Shown: positions 42,867 to 51,324 of the stretch, piece after piece
How positions within the stretch are numbered: the first letter of the stretch is position 1
How the letters are laid out: each line of letters begins with the position of its first letter
DNA from: an uncultured delta proteobacterium
Lineage (GTDB): Bacteria > Desulfobacterota > Binatia > HRBIN30 > BPIQ01
Direction of reading: 5' to 3'
Length of the DNA stretch: 64,000 bases
Assembly (NCBI GenBank): GCA_963761335.1
Contig: CAVXGR010000005.1
Coordinates: 128,001 to 192,000 of the forward strand
Notes under the pieces: generated by a model
What the model was told of the DNA's origin: nothing
The model's database searches: none
What the model saw: only the letters and a program-made list of their open reading frames with translations
Program-made: the position numbers and the translations under genes

Positions 42867-44465
42867 CTACGGGGTTCCTGCCGCCCTGTGGTACAGGTAC
42901 TGCGCGAAGCGCAGGTCGTGGCGGGCGACGGCGCGCAGCACCCGCTCGGAGAGCGGCGATTGCGCCTGTAGGATCCAGCGCAGTCGTTCGCGCACGTCGG
43001 GCGAATCGTCCCGCAAATGCGTCGCGACCCTCTCGAGCACGCCGTCGTCGAGCGGCAGCCGCTTGGAGAGCGCGTACCCCGCCCACAGGCGCGTCATCGG
43101 CTCGGGGCTGTCCAGTCCGTCGACCAGGCGGGCGCTGATGCGCGGATCCTGCGGCGACAGGCAATCGACCAGGCGGATACCCTCGGCGTCCTGAAACCAG
43201 CGACCCGGCACGTCATCCGAGACGAACTCGCCGCCGATGGCTTCGTCCTTGGTGATCTCGCACATGACGTCGACCACCTGCGACACTGGAGCCCGGCGCA
43301 GCAGATCTCTGGCGGCGTTGACTGCCAGTCTCCGAAACTGCGGCTGCGTCATCCAGCCGAGATGTATGGCGAGCTGCGCCATTTCCAACTTGAGGGCGGA
43401 TGCGTCCAGCGCCTGGATCAGCCCGAGCACCTCGGCGCGGGCGTTCTCTTCCGCCTGCACCTGGGTGAATGCCCGGCGCTCGTGCACCGTGAAGCTCTCC
43501 GGCGGATGGCGGATCAGAAATACCTGGACCGCCGGAACGAAGGCGAGGAAATCGCCCCGCTCCATGATCCTCTGAATGATGCGCAGCCGCTCGGCGACAC
43601 TCTCCGACTCGTCGTACAGAGTGCAGGCGAGGGTGCGGTCCTCGGCCCCGTTTTCGGATGCCATCAGGCCGGGCGCCTGCGTCAGGCTGGTGTCCCCGTA
43701 GGCGGCTCGCAGCCGCTCGTTGACGCGCGTATCGCCTTCGGCGGCGCGCAGATGGCGCGCGTAGTCTCCCTGGGCGCGGAAGTACGCCTCCAGCAGCGGC
43801 GCATCGTGCGCGGCGCTCGGAGCGACGGAGGAGAACCCATAGATGCGCGGCACTCCCATGAAGATCCGCCGGAACGACGAGCGCATGCTCGGACCCACGG
43901 GACCGTAGCGGAGCTGCACGGCGCGCTCCGCCGATGCCTGGTCGAAGCCGTGGTCGAGAAGCACGTCGAGATACTCCTGGGGCGTGCGACTGTCCTCGTC
44001 CTTGGTCGCCAGCGTGTTGCAGCCCAGGAGGAAGACCTCCTGGGGACGGTGGAAGAGGCCGTCGCACTGCGGCCGGCAGGAGGCCTCCTCGAGCTGGGCC
44101 AGGCTCAGCGAGGTTCCCGAGGTGCCAAAGAAACGGCCGGCGAACTCTCCGGTGTAAACGACCACGTCGCACTCGATGTCCTGGCGGCAGAGGTTTGAGA
44201 GCCACGCCGGGGGCGCGCCGTCCATATCGCTCGCGGTGGTTACCGCCGTCGTTCCCGGCTGCCCCCAGTGCGCGGCCCACCGCGGGCTCAGGTCGATGAT
44301 CTCGAACTCGCTCGCAGGCAGGTGCGATTCGATGACGCCGATCTCCTCGCGGGAGTTGAAGACGAGCTCGCAGACGCGCAATCGCCTCGCCTCGGCAACC
44401 GACGACATCGCCAGCAGCAGGAGCAGCAGCGTGAGCCCGGCGTGTCTGCGGCGCGATGGAGACAT
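42867..44465 (-). CDS. Secreted hypothetical protein with C-terminal HEAT-like helices
   Basis: Signal peptide ending AEA; long clean ORF with Cys-containing N-domain (EVFLLGCNTL) and helical tail (LRDDSPDVR). Confidence 0.7.
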   Translation of the reverse strand: MSPSRRRHAGLTLLLLLLAMSSVAEARRLRVCELVFNSREEIGVIESHLPASEFEIIDLSPRWAAHWGQPGTTAVTTASDMDGAPPAWLSNLCRQDIECDVVVYTGEFAGRFFGTSGTSLSLAQLEEASCRPQCDGLFHRPQEVFLLGCNTLATKDEDSRTPQEYLDVLLDHGFDQASAERAVQLRYGPVGPSMRSSFRRIFMGVPRIYGFSSVAPSAAHDAPLLEAYFRAQGDYARHLRAAEGDTRVNERLRAAYGDTSLTQAPGLMASENGAEDRTLACTLYDESESVAERLRIIQRIMERGDFLAFVPAVQVFLIRHPPESFTVHERRAFTQVQAEENARAEVLGLIQALDASALKLEMAQLAIHLGWMTQPQFRRLAVNAARDLLRRAPVSQVVDVMCEITKDEAIGGEFVSDDVPGRWFQDAEGIRLVDCLSPQDPRISARLVDGLDSPEPMTRLWAGYALSKRLPLDDGVLERVATHLRDDSPDVRERLRWILQAQSPLSERVLRAVARHDLRFAQYLYHRAAGTP

Positions 44466-44504
44466 GGGGGAGGTCCTGCCCGGAACCGGGAACGAAGTCG
44501 GGAG

Positions 44505-44924
44505 CTAGGGTTGCTGTATCGATTGTAGATAGTCGGCGAGCACCTCCAGCCGCTGCCGAGCGTATATCGATGCCGCTGCGGTTGCGCCGCTTCCGTCGGG
44601 GCCAAAGCAATCCCGCCAGATGGGCATCTCGCGACTGCCGTGAGCCGCGATCGGCCGCTCGCCGGTCAACGTCCGAATCACCTCTTCGCGGGGAAACGCC
44701 CCGTCGTGACGCTGCGCCAACGTCGTCAGATCGGTCGGCGGGCTCGTCAGGGCGCGGGCTGCCGGCCCGTTCCCCTTGGCATCGGCGCCGTGGCACACGG
44801 CGCAGCGGTTCATGTAGAGAGTCTCCCCGCTCTCCCTGGGCTGCAGATGAAGAAGCGGGGCGCACCCGGAGAGAAAAGCCGCCAGCGCCACCAGAGAGAG
44901 TTTCCGCTGCCTCGCCTCGATCAT
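44505..44924 (-). CDS. Monoheme cytochrome c lipoprotein
   Basis: Lipobox LSGC; CAVCH; HGSREMPIW with distal Met. Confidence 0.9.
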   Translation of the reverse strand: MIEARQRKLSLVALAAFLSGCAPLLHLQPRESGETLYMNRCAVCHGADAKGNGPAARALTSPPTDLTTLAQRHDGAFPREEVIRTLTGERPIAAHGSREMPIWRDCFGPDGSGATAAASIYARQRLEVLADYLQSIQQP

Positions 44925-44994
44925 TCGCCCCCCCTCGCGTATCCCGGCTGCGGCGCCAGTTCCAGCCCTCTAGTCTCCTGGGAAACTTCGGACA

Positions 44995-46722
44995 CTACTT
45001 TTCCCCGGGCTCAGGCCCTCGTCTCTTCTTCGCCAGGCGCGGCGCGGCGACCAGGGCAAGGCCGTAGAGCGCCAGCGCCACGAACAGGGTTGCCGGGCGA
45101 GAGACGCGCAGATCCTCGACGAGCAGCTTCAGCCCCGTCAGCGCCAGAACCGGGTAGAGCAGCCAGGCGAGCTCGCGGGCGCGCTGCAGGCGCGCCGCGG
45201 CGGCGAGCAACACGGCCGCGAGCGCCAGCGCGCCGCTGCGCACCGTGGCGAGGGTTCCCGCGTCGAACGGCTTCCCCGCCAGTGCCGGCGCGGCGATGTC
45301 GATCAGCACGCCGGTGCCTCCCAGGACGGCGAGCAGAGCCACAACCAGGCGAGCTCCCGCGGCGGGCGCAGCCGCTGCGGGCGGAGCCGGTGCCGCGATC
45401 GCCAGGCAGGCGAGAAGCGCGGCGAGCACGGAGAGCGGCACGACGCCGCAGGCGACGGCCGGATCGCCGGGAGTTCCCAGCAGTGCCATGGCCGCGTTGC
45501 TCGCCAGCCCGGAGGCGATCGCCGCTCCCAGGCCGTAGATGGCGGCCTGCACGGTGAGCGCCACCTGCCCGAGGCGAGAGCCGAGCCAGGAGGCGGCGAC
45601 CGCCAGCGCCGCCAGGGCCAAGCCGAGGGCCGGGCCGGGCAGCAGCACGGCGCCGCCGATCAGCACGAGCGCCAGAGCCAGAGTGAGGTAGAAGTGGAAG
45701 TTGGTGCCTGAGCCGCGGCCCCGGCGGATGAAGGCGAAGGCCACGGCATAGCAGCCGACCCCGAGGGTGGCGCCGGCCAGCCCGAGAGCGGTCATGCCGG
45801 CGCCGCTGGCCTGGGCGACGCCGAGCGCGCCGCCCAGGCCGGCCACCAGGGCGCCGCCGGTCTGCAAGACCTCGAAGAAGATGACGGTGCGGCCGCGGAC
45901 CACCGTGCGCGCCGCGAACGAAGACAGATAGCTGGCCAGCAGGAAGAGCTGCACCGCCATCACCGCCTCCGGTTGATCGAGTGGCGGGTGCTGGAGCGCG
46001 CGCGCCGTCAGCGCGACCACCACGCCATCGGCGGCAAGCGCCGGCACCCAGCGAATCCAGTACCAGTTGCGTTCGTAGCTCAGCCACAGAGTGCCGATGC
46101 CGAGGAGGACCAGGAACAGCGCCTGCGGTATCACCCCGCCGGTGGCGAAGGCGACCGCCAGCGCCGCGGCGACCGACCCCAGGCTGGCAGCCGCCGCGAC
46201 GCTCTGCAGGCGCCGGCGCCAGGCGACCGCGAGCGCCAGGCCGGAGACGACGGCGATCAGCGCCGCCCCGGCGCTGGGTCCGAAAAATCCGAACCGCGTC
46301 GAGGCTTCCCACAGCAGCGGGTAGGCGATGATCATCGAGGTCACGCCGTGAAAGACCGCGCTCGACCGGTTCCTGATGGCGGCGCGATCGGCCGCTCCGA
46401 GCCACACGAGCGCGTAGGCGACGCCGAGGGGCACGGCGGCTCTCATCGGCAGCTGGCCGGACTCCACCAGGGCCCGCAGCAGGTAGGCCCCGGCGAAGAC
46501 GAGCGAAGTCCGGCCCAGCAGCGGAAGCAGCGTTCCCGCATCTGTCGCCGCCGGCCTCGCGGAGGCGGCAACGCCCGCCGGACCGTTCGGCGCGGCTGCG
46601 GAAGGAGCTTCGGTCCGCCGTGGCGGAGATGCCTCCAGGGTCGCGAGTCGGCGCTCGATGGCGGCAACGGCGCGCTCGACTTGTGCGAGTCTCGATTCCT
46701 CGTCCTGGAGCTTTTCGGCCAT
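44995..46722 (-). CDS. Multi-pass membrane protein (DUF2339-like)
   Basis: N-terminal coiled coil, LGRTSLVFAGAYLLRAL, many TM segments and C-terminal KLLVEDL. Confidence 0.75.
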   Translation of the reverse strand: MAEKLQDEESRLAQVERAVAAIERRLATLEASPPRRTEAPSAAAPNGPAGVAASARPAATDAGTLLPLLGRTSLVFAGAYLLRALVESGQLPMRAAVPLGVAYALVWLGAADRAAIRNRSSAVFHGVTSMIIAYPLLWEASTRFGFFGPSAGAALIAVVSGLALAVAWRRRLQSVAAAASLGSVAAALAVAFATGGVIPQALFLVLLGIGTLWLSYERNWYWIRWVPALAADGVVVALTARALQHPPLDQPEAVMAVQLFLLASYLSSFAARTVVRGRTVIFFEVLQTGGALVAGLGGALGVAQASGAGMTALGLAGATLGVGCYAVAFAFIRRGRGSGTNFHFYLTLALALVLIGGAVLLPGPALGLALAALAVAASWLGSRLGQVALTVQAAIYGLGAAIASGLASNAAMALLGTPGDPAVACGVVPLSVLAALLACLAIAAPAPPAAAAPAAGARLVVALLAVLGGTGVLIDIAAPALAGKPFDAGTLATVRSGALALAAVLLAAAARLQRARELAWLLYPVLALTGLKLLVEDLRVSRPATLFVALALYGLALVAAPRLAKKRRGPEPGEK

Positions 46723-46750
46723 TGAACTTCTCCGCGGCCGCCGCGCCCGC

Positions 46751-47050
46751 TTACACCCGGATGAGCGCGATCGCCTTTTCCGGACAGGCGTCAACGCACA
46801 GAGCACACCCATGGCACTGATCGGCGCGCACGGGGAAAGCCTGCTTGCCGCCATGCGCCAGTGTCTTCAGCCTCCCGATCCAGGACAGCCCGCGGCGCTC
46901 GTCGTCGGAGAGCCGGCGAATCTCGAACACGGCGTACGGGCAGACCCGTACGCAGGCGGCCTTGGCCTCGCAGCGGTTGCGATCGATGACCGGCTTCAGT
47001 ATCCCCGCTTCCAGCTTGCAGGGTTCGGTCGGCTGGTCGTTCTCCCCCAT
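46751..47050 (-). CDS. 4Fe-4S ferredoxin-like protein
   Basis: CEAKAACVRVCP and CHGCALCVDACP motifs. Confidence 0.88.
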   Translation of the reverse strand: MGENDQPTEPCKLEAGILKPVIDRNRCEAKAACVRVCPYAVFEIRRLSDDERRGLSWIGRLKTLAHGGKQAFPVRADQCHGCALCVDACPEKAIALIRV

Positions 47051-47148
47051 TGGCGGCTCTCGTCCAGCAGGAGGCATACCAAGCTCCATCCCCCGTTACC
47101 ACATGACTGCGGCCTCGCGGGACTCACTGCCGGCTCCAGGATTCGCGA

Positions 47149-47616
47149 ATGGAAGGCGCCGACTCGGGGCGGGGGCAGGCACTCGGCGACGCATGGTGCA
47201 GACGGCGGCGCCCGCATGTGAAAGACCGCGGGCCGGGGGCGTGGCCATTCGTCGAACGTGGTGACGGTGGCTGTTGCCCTTCGGCATGCACCTTGCGACA
47301 ACCGGGAAGCATGAACTTCGACGCCAGGAATACCGCTCTCTCGTTGACCGGCGATGATCTCGGCTTGGGCGACTCCGCGGGGGCGCTGCGCCGCCTGCCG
47401 CAGGGCAGCAACTCGCTCGAGCTGATCGTCCTGCAGTCACTGCCGAGAGTGGAGGAGCGCCCGGCGGCGCTTCTGGAGGTCCGCCGCGTCCTGCACCCCG
47501 CCGGCCGCCTCTTGCTGGAGGGCGCTGCGGCGGACGATCTCTCCTCCGACCTCCTGGTCGCCGGCTTCATCCCCCAGGCCGGCGGTGGCGCGGCGGTCTG
47601 GCGCAAGGCAGCCTAG
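47149..47616 (+). CDS. Short methyltransferase-like protein or fragment; start uncertain, possibly 47311
   Basis: LP..SLELIV...PAALLEVRRVLHPAGRLLL resembles the C-terminal half of a class I methyltransferase; SAM motif I not seen. Confidence 0.4.
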   Translation: MEGADSGRGQALGDAWCRRRRPHVKDRGPGAWPFVERGDGGCCPSACTLRQPGSMNFDARNTALSLTGDDLGLGDSAGALRRLPQGSNSLELIVLQSLPRVEERPAALLEVRRVLHPAGRLLLEGAAADDLSSDLLVAGFIPQAGGGAAVWRKAA

Positions 47617-47684
47617 AGCGGCCGATTCGCGGCGCCTCCGAAACTGCTGGCAACGGACGGCCGGTTCGGGGCACTAGGTAGGCG

Positions 47685-48704
47685 ATGGATGTGGACGACC
47701 ACCTCAGCGTCTCGATCGTCATCCCGGTGCACGACGGCGGCGACGCCCTGAGGGTTTGCCTCGAGAGCGTCGCCGCCTGCCGGCCGCAGCCTCTCGAAGT
47801 GGTGGTGGTGGACGACGCCAGCGGCGACGATTCGGCGCGCCTGGCAGCGGCGGTGGGAGCGCGCTGCCTGCACCTCAGCGACCGAGCGGGGCCGGCGGGG
47901 GCGCGCAACCGCGGCGCCGAGATCGCCCGCGGAGACATTGTCTTTTTCGTGGACGCCGACGTCGCCCTCGCCGCCGACGCCGTCGCCGAGGTCCTCGGAG
48001 CCTTTCGCGACGAGCCGCATCTGGCCGCCGTCTTCGGCTCGTACGACGACGCCCCGGCGGCCGGCAACTTCCTCTCGCAGTACAAGAATCTCCTCCATCA
48101 CTACGTCCATCAGTCGGCGCGAGAAGAGGCCTCGACCTTCTGGGCCGGGTGCGGTGCAATCCGTCGCTCGGTGTTTGCCGCCGTGGGAGGATTCGACGAG
48201 AGCTATCGCCGCCCGTCGATCGAGGACATCGAGTTGGGCGGGCGCCTGCGGCGTGCCGGCTACCGCATCCGGCTGCGCAAGTCTCTGCAGGCAAAGCACC
48301 TGAAACGCTGGACGGCGGGCAGCCTGCTGCGCTCCGACGTCTGCGATCGAGCGCTGCCCTGGACGGCGTTGCTCCTGCGAGAGAATGGCGGCTTGCCCGA
48401 CGATCTCAACCTCCGCTGGTCGAGCCGTATCAGCGCCGCGGCGGCCTGGGCACTGCTGGCGGCGCTGGCCGCGAGCTGTTGGTGGCCCGGTCTCTGGCCC
48501 GCGGTTGCGGGCATGACGGCATTGCTGCTGGTCCTCAACGCGCCGCTCTATCTCTTCTTGGCGCGCCGGCGCGGCCTCGGCTTCGCTCTCGGAAGTATCG
48601 TCTGGCACTGGCTCTACTACCTCTACAGCACCGCCGCCTTTGTCGCCGGCCTCGGCTTCTTCTTGGCGGGTGCGCGATCGCGCCGCCGCCCGAACACCTT
48701 GTAA
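47685..48704 (+). CDS. Glycosyltransferase family 2 with C-terminal TM helices
   Basis: VSIVIPV, VVVDDASGD, ARNRG, FVDAD, GGFDE and EDIELG motifs. Confidence 0.92.
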   Translation: MDVDDHLSVSIVIPVHDGGDALRVCLESVAACRPQPLEVVVVDDASGDDSARLAAAVGARCLHLSDRAGPAGARNRGAEIARGDIVFFVDADVALAADAVAEVLGAFRDEPHLAAVFGSYDDAPAAGNFLSQYKNLLHHYVHQSAREEASTFWAGCGAIRRSVFAAVGGFDESYRRPSIEDIELGGRLRRAGYRIRLRKSLQAKHLKRWTAGSLLRSDVCDRALPWTALLLRENGGLPDDLNLRWSSRISAAAAWALLAALAASCWWPGLWPAVAGMTALLLVLNAPLYLFLARRRGLGFALGSIVWHWLYYLYSTAAFVAGLGFFLAGARSRRRPNTL

Positions 48705-48722
48705 CCGCGGGGTGCGGCCGCT

Positions 48723-50111
48723 ATGGTTCGCGGCGCGCGGTCAACTTCGATGCGGTCGCTTGCCCCTGACACAGACACGCTCGAGCGCGTCGCACGCGCC
48801 CTGGCATCCGTGCCGCGGACGGCCTACTCGGTGCCGCACGTGTACCCCTCGGCGGCTCCGGCGTACGAGAGTGCCCCCGAGGCGGTGCGGCCGCGGCCGC
48901 GCCGCGATCGCTTGCGGCTCTATGCCCACATCCCTTTCTGCCGCTACCACTGCACCTTCTGCTACTACGCCGTGAACGTCGGCGCGGGCGGCGCGATGAT
49001 GTCTCGCTACGTGGATGCGCTGGAGCGAGAGCTCGACTGGATTGAGCCGGGAACGTCGCTCTCGCAGCTGTTCGTCGGCGGCGGCACGCCCACGGCTCTG
49101 CCGCCGGAGCTGCTCGACCGCGCTCTCGAGGCGGTCTTCTCTCGCACGCGGCCTCTGCCGCAGATCGTGCACACGGTCGAGACCTCTCCCGAGACCATCT
49201 CTCCGGCGCACGTCGAAGCTCTGCGGCGGCGTGGCATCGGCCGCGTCAGCATGGGCATCCAGAGCTTCGACCAGGATGTGCTCGACACTGTCCACCGCAA
49301 CCAGAGCCAGGCGCAGGCCGTCGCCGCTTGCGAGCTGCTCGTCGCCTCGGGTCTGATCGCCAACGTCGATCTGATCTACGGCCTGCCGGGTCAGTCGGAA
49401 GAGGCCTTCGTCGCCGATCTGCGCACCCTGGCGCGCCTCGGCATTCCTTCGCTGACGCTCTACAGCCTGCGGACCAACGAACGCACGCCCGTGGTCAGGA
49501 GCCTGCGCTCGACGGAGCGCTTCGACCTCGCGGGTCTTATCCACTGGCGCGCTCTGGTCAAACGGAGCGCCGAGGAGCTCGGCTACAGCCAGACCCGCTG
49601 GCACACATTCAAGCGACTGGACTCGATTGCGCGGACGCACGAGCGGCTGCCCTGTTTCGACGAGGAGATGTCGGGCTTCCAGTTGGGCGTCGGCATGAGT
49701 GCGCGCTCGCATCTCGGATACGCGGTCTACCGAAACCACGAGCAGCTCAAGACCTACGTCGATCGCATCGAGCACGGGCAGAGCCCGGTGGAGCAGATGT
49801 TCGTTCTGGACGAGGACGACCGGCGGACGCAGTTCGTGGCCCGCACGATCGGCGACGGCAAGACACTGCGGCGCTCCATGTATGCCCGCACTTTCGGGCG
49901 TCCCATCGAGGGCGACTTCGGGTCACTTCTCGAGCGCCTCGCCTGGGCGGGCCTGGTGGAGGACGACGGTGAGAGCATCGCGCTCACCGAGCTCGGAGTA
50001 CTCGTCTACGATCTCGTGACCCTGGCCTTCTACCCGCAGCGCGCCCGCGACTGGCTCGCCGCACGGGGCGGCTGGCTCGCCTCCGCCCGGGCTGCGGCGT
50101 CTGCCCCTTGA
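48723..50111 (+). CDS. HemN-like radical SAM enzyme; start may be 48750
   Basis: LYAHIPFCRYHCTFC (CxxxCxxC), GGGTPT, RVSMGIQSF and DLIYGLPGQ. Confidence 0.9.
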   Translation: MVRGARSTSMRSLAPDTDTLERVARALASVPRTAYSVPHVYPSAAPAYESAPEAVRPRPRRDRLRLYAHIPFCRYHCTFCYYAVNVGAGGAMMSRYVDALERELDWIEPGTSLSQLFVGGGTPTALPPELLDRALEAVFSRTRPLPQIVHTVETSPETISPAHVEALRRRGIGRVSMGIQSFDQDVLDTVHRNQSQAQAVAACELLVASGLIANVDLIYGLPGQSEEAFVADLRTLARLGIPSLTLYSLRTNERTPVVRSLRSTERFDLAGLIHWRALVKRSAEELGYSQTRWHTFKRLDSIARTHERLPCFDEEMSGFQLGVGMSARSHLGYAVYRNHEQLKTYVDRIEHGQSPVEQMFVLDEDDRRTQFVARTIGDGKTLRRSMYARTFGRPIEGDFGSLLERLAWAGLVEDDGESIALTELGVLVYDLVTLAFYPQRARDWLAARGGWLASARAAASAP

Positions 50112-50175
50112 GGCGGGCCGCGCCTTGCCCGCCTGTCTTCGCGGGGCTATTGTCGGCCGCGCCGCGCGGTGGCCG

Positions 50176-51324
50176 ATGCTGTTGCAGTCTCCTGCTCCCG
50201 ACAAGAACAATCCGTCGCATTCCGGGCAGTGCCACGCCGCGGAATGTATTGCCGGCTGGAGCGATCGCGCCGCCGGCACCGTCGTCGGCGTGCTCGCCGG
50301 AGAGGGTATCGGTCCTGAGGTCGTCGGCGCCGCCCTCTCCGTCTTCGAGGCGTCGATGTCCGTCGGCGCCGGGCGCCTGCATCTGCGTCATGGGGTCGCC
50401 GCCATGGGCGGCGCCGGCCTCTCGCCGGATACGGTAGAGTTCTGCGAGTCGATCCTGACGGAAGGCGGTGCTCTGTTCTGCGGTCCCGTCGGCGGTCGCT
50501 TCGTCTACGAGCTGCGGGCGCGGTTCGATCTCTACTGCAAGCTGGTGCCCCTGCGCCCATCGGCGGCGCTCGCCGATGCGGCGATCGTGCGCGCCGAGCG
50601 GTTGGCGGGCGCCGACGTGCTCTTGGTGCGTGAGAACGTCGGCGGCATCTACTTCGGGGAAGCGGGCCGCCGCGAGCGGGGCGGGGTGGCCTACCAGAGC
50701 TTCTGCTATCGAGCCGAGCAGGTGGAGCGCATCGCCGAGGTTGCGGCGCGCCTCGCCCGGATGCGGCAGGGCCGGCTGAGCGCGGTGGTCAAGCGCGCCG
50801 GTGTTCCGGAGATCAGCGCCCTCTGGTGCGAGGTGGTCGGGGAGGTGGCGTCCCGCTACAACCTCGATTTGGAGATCGTCGAGGTCGACAACGCCGGCTA
50901 TCAGATGGTGGCCGATGCGCGCCGGTTCGACGTCGTCGTCGCGCCCAATCTCTTCGGCGATGTCCTCGCCGACTGTGCCGCTGTCCTTCTCGGATCGCGC
51001 GGCATGTCGTACTCGGCGAACTTCGGGCCGCAGCGGCGGTCGGCGTATCAGACCGGTCACGGAGCGGCCCACGACCTGGCCGGCAGCGACCGGGCCAACC
51101 CCGTGGCCCAGATCCTCTCCCTGGCGATGATGCTCCGCGAGAGCTTCGCTCTGGAGCTGGAGGCCCTCCGCATCGAGACGGCCGTCGAGAACGTCCTCGC
51201 CGCAGGCATCCGCACGCCTGACATCGCCAGTTGTGACAGCCAGGTCGTCGGCACCCGGGAGCTGGCGGAGCGCGTGGCTCGCGAAGTCGAAAGGTTGTCC
51301 ATCGCAGACCGAGTGAGCCCGTGA
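50176..51324 (+). CDS. Isocitrate/isopropylmalate dehydrogenase family protein (divergent LeuB-like); start uncertain
   Basis: GEGIGPEV, VRENVGGIYFG, NLFGDVLAD, HGAAHDLAG..ANP and RTPDI motifs. Confidence 0.88.
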   Translation: MLLQSPAPDKNNPSHSGQCHAAECIAGWSDRAAGTVVGVLAGEGIGPEVVGAALSVFEASMSVGAGRLHLRHGVAAMGGAGLSPDTVEFCESILTEGGALFCGPVGGRFVYELRARFDLYCKLVPLRPSAALADAAIVRAERLAGADVLLVRENVGGIYFGEAGRRERGGVAYQSFCYRAEQVERIAEVAARLARMRQGRLSAVVKRAGVPEISALWCEVVGEVASRYNLDLEIVEVDNAGYQMVADARRFDVVVAPNLFGDVLADCAAVLLGSRGMSYSANFGPQRRSAYQTGHGAAHDLAGSDRANPVAQILSLAMMLRESFALELEALRIETAVENVLAAGIRTPDIASCDSQVVGTRELAERVAREVERLSIADRVSP

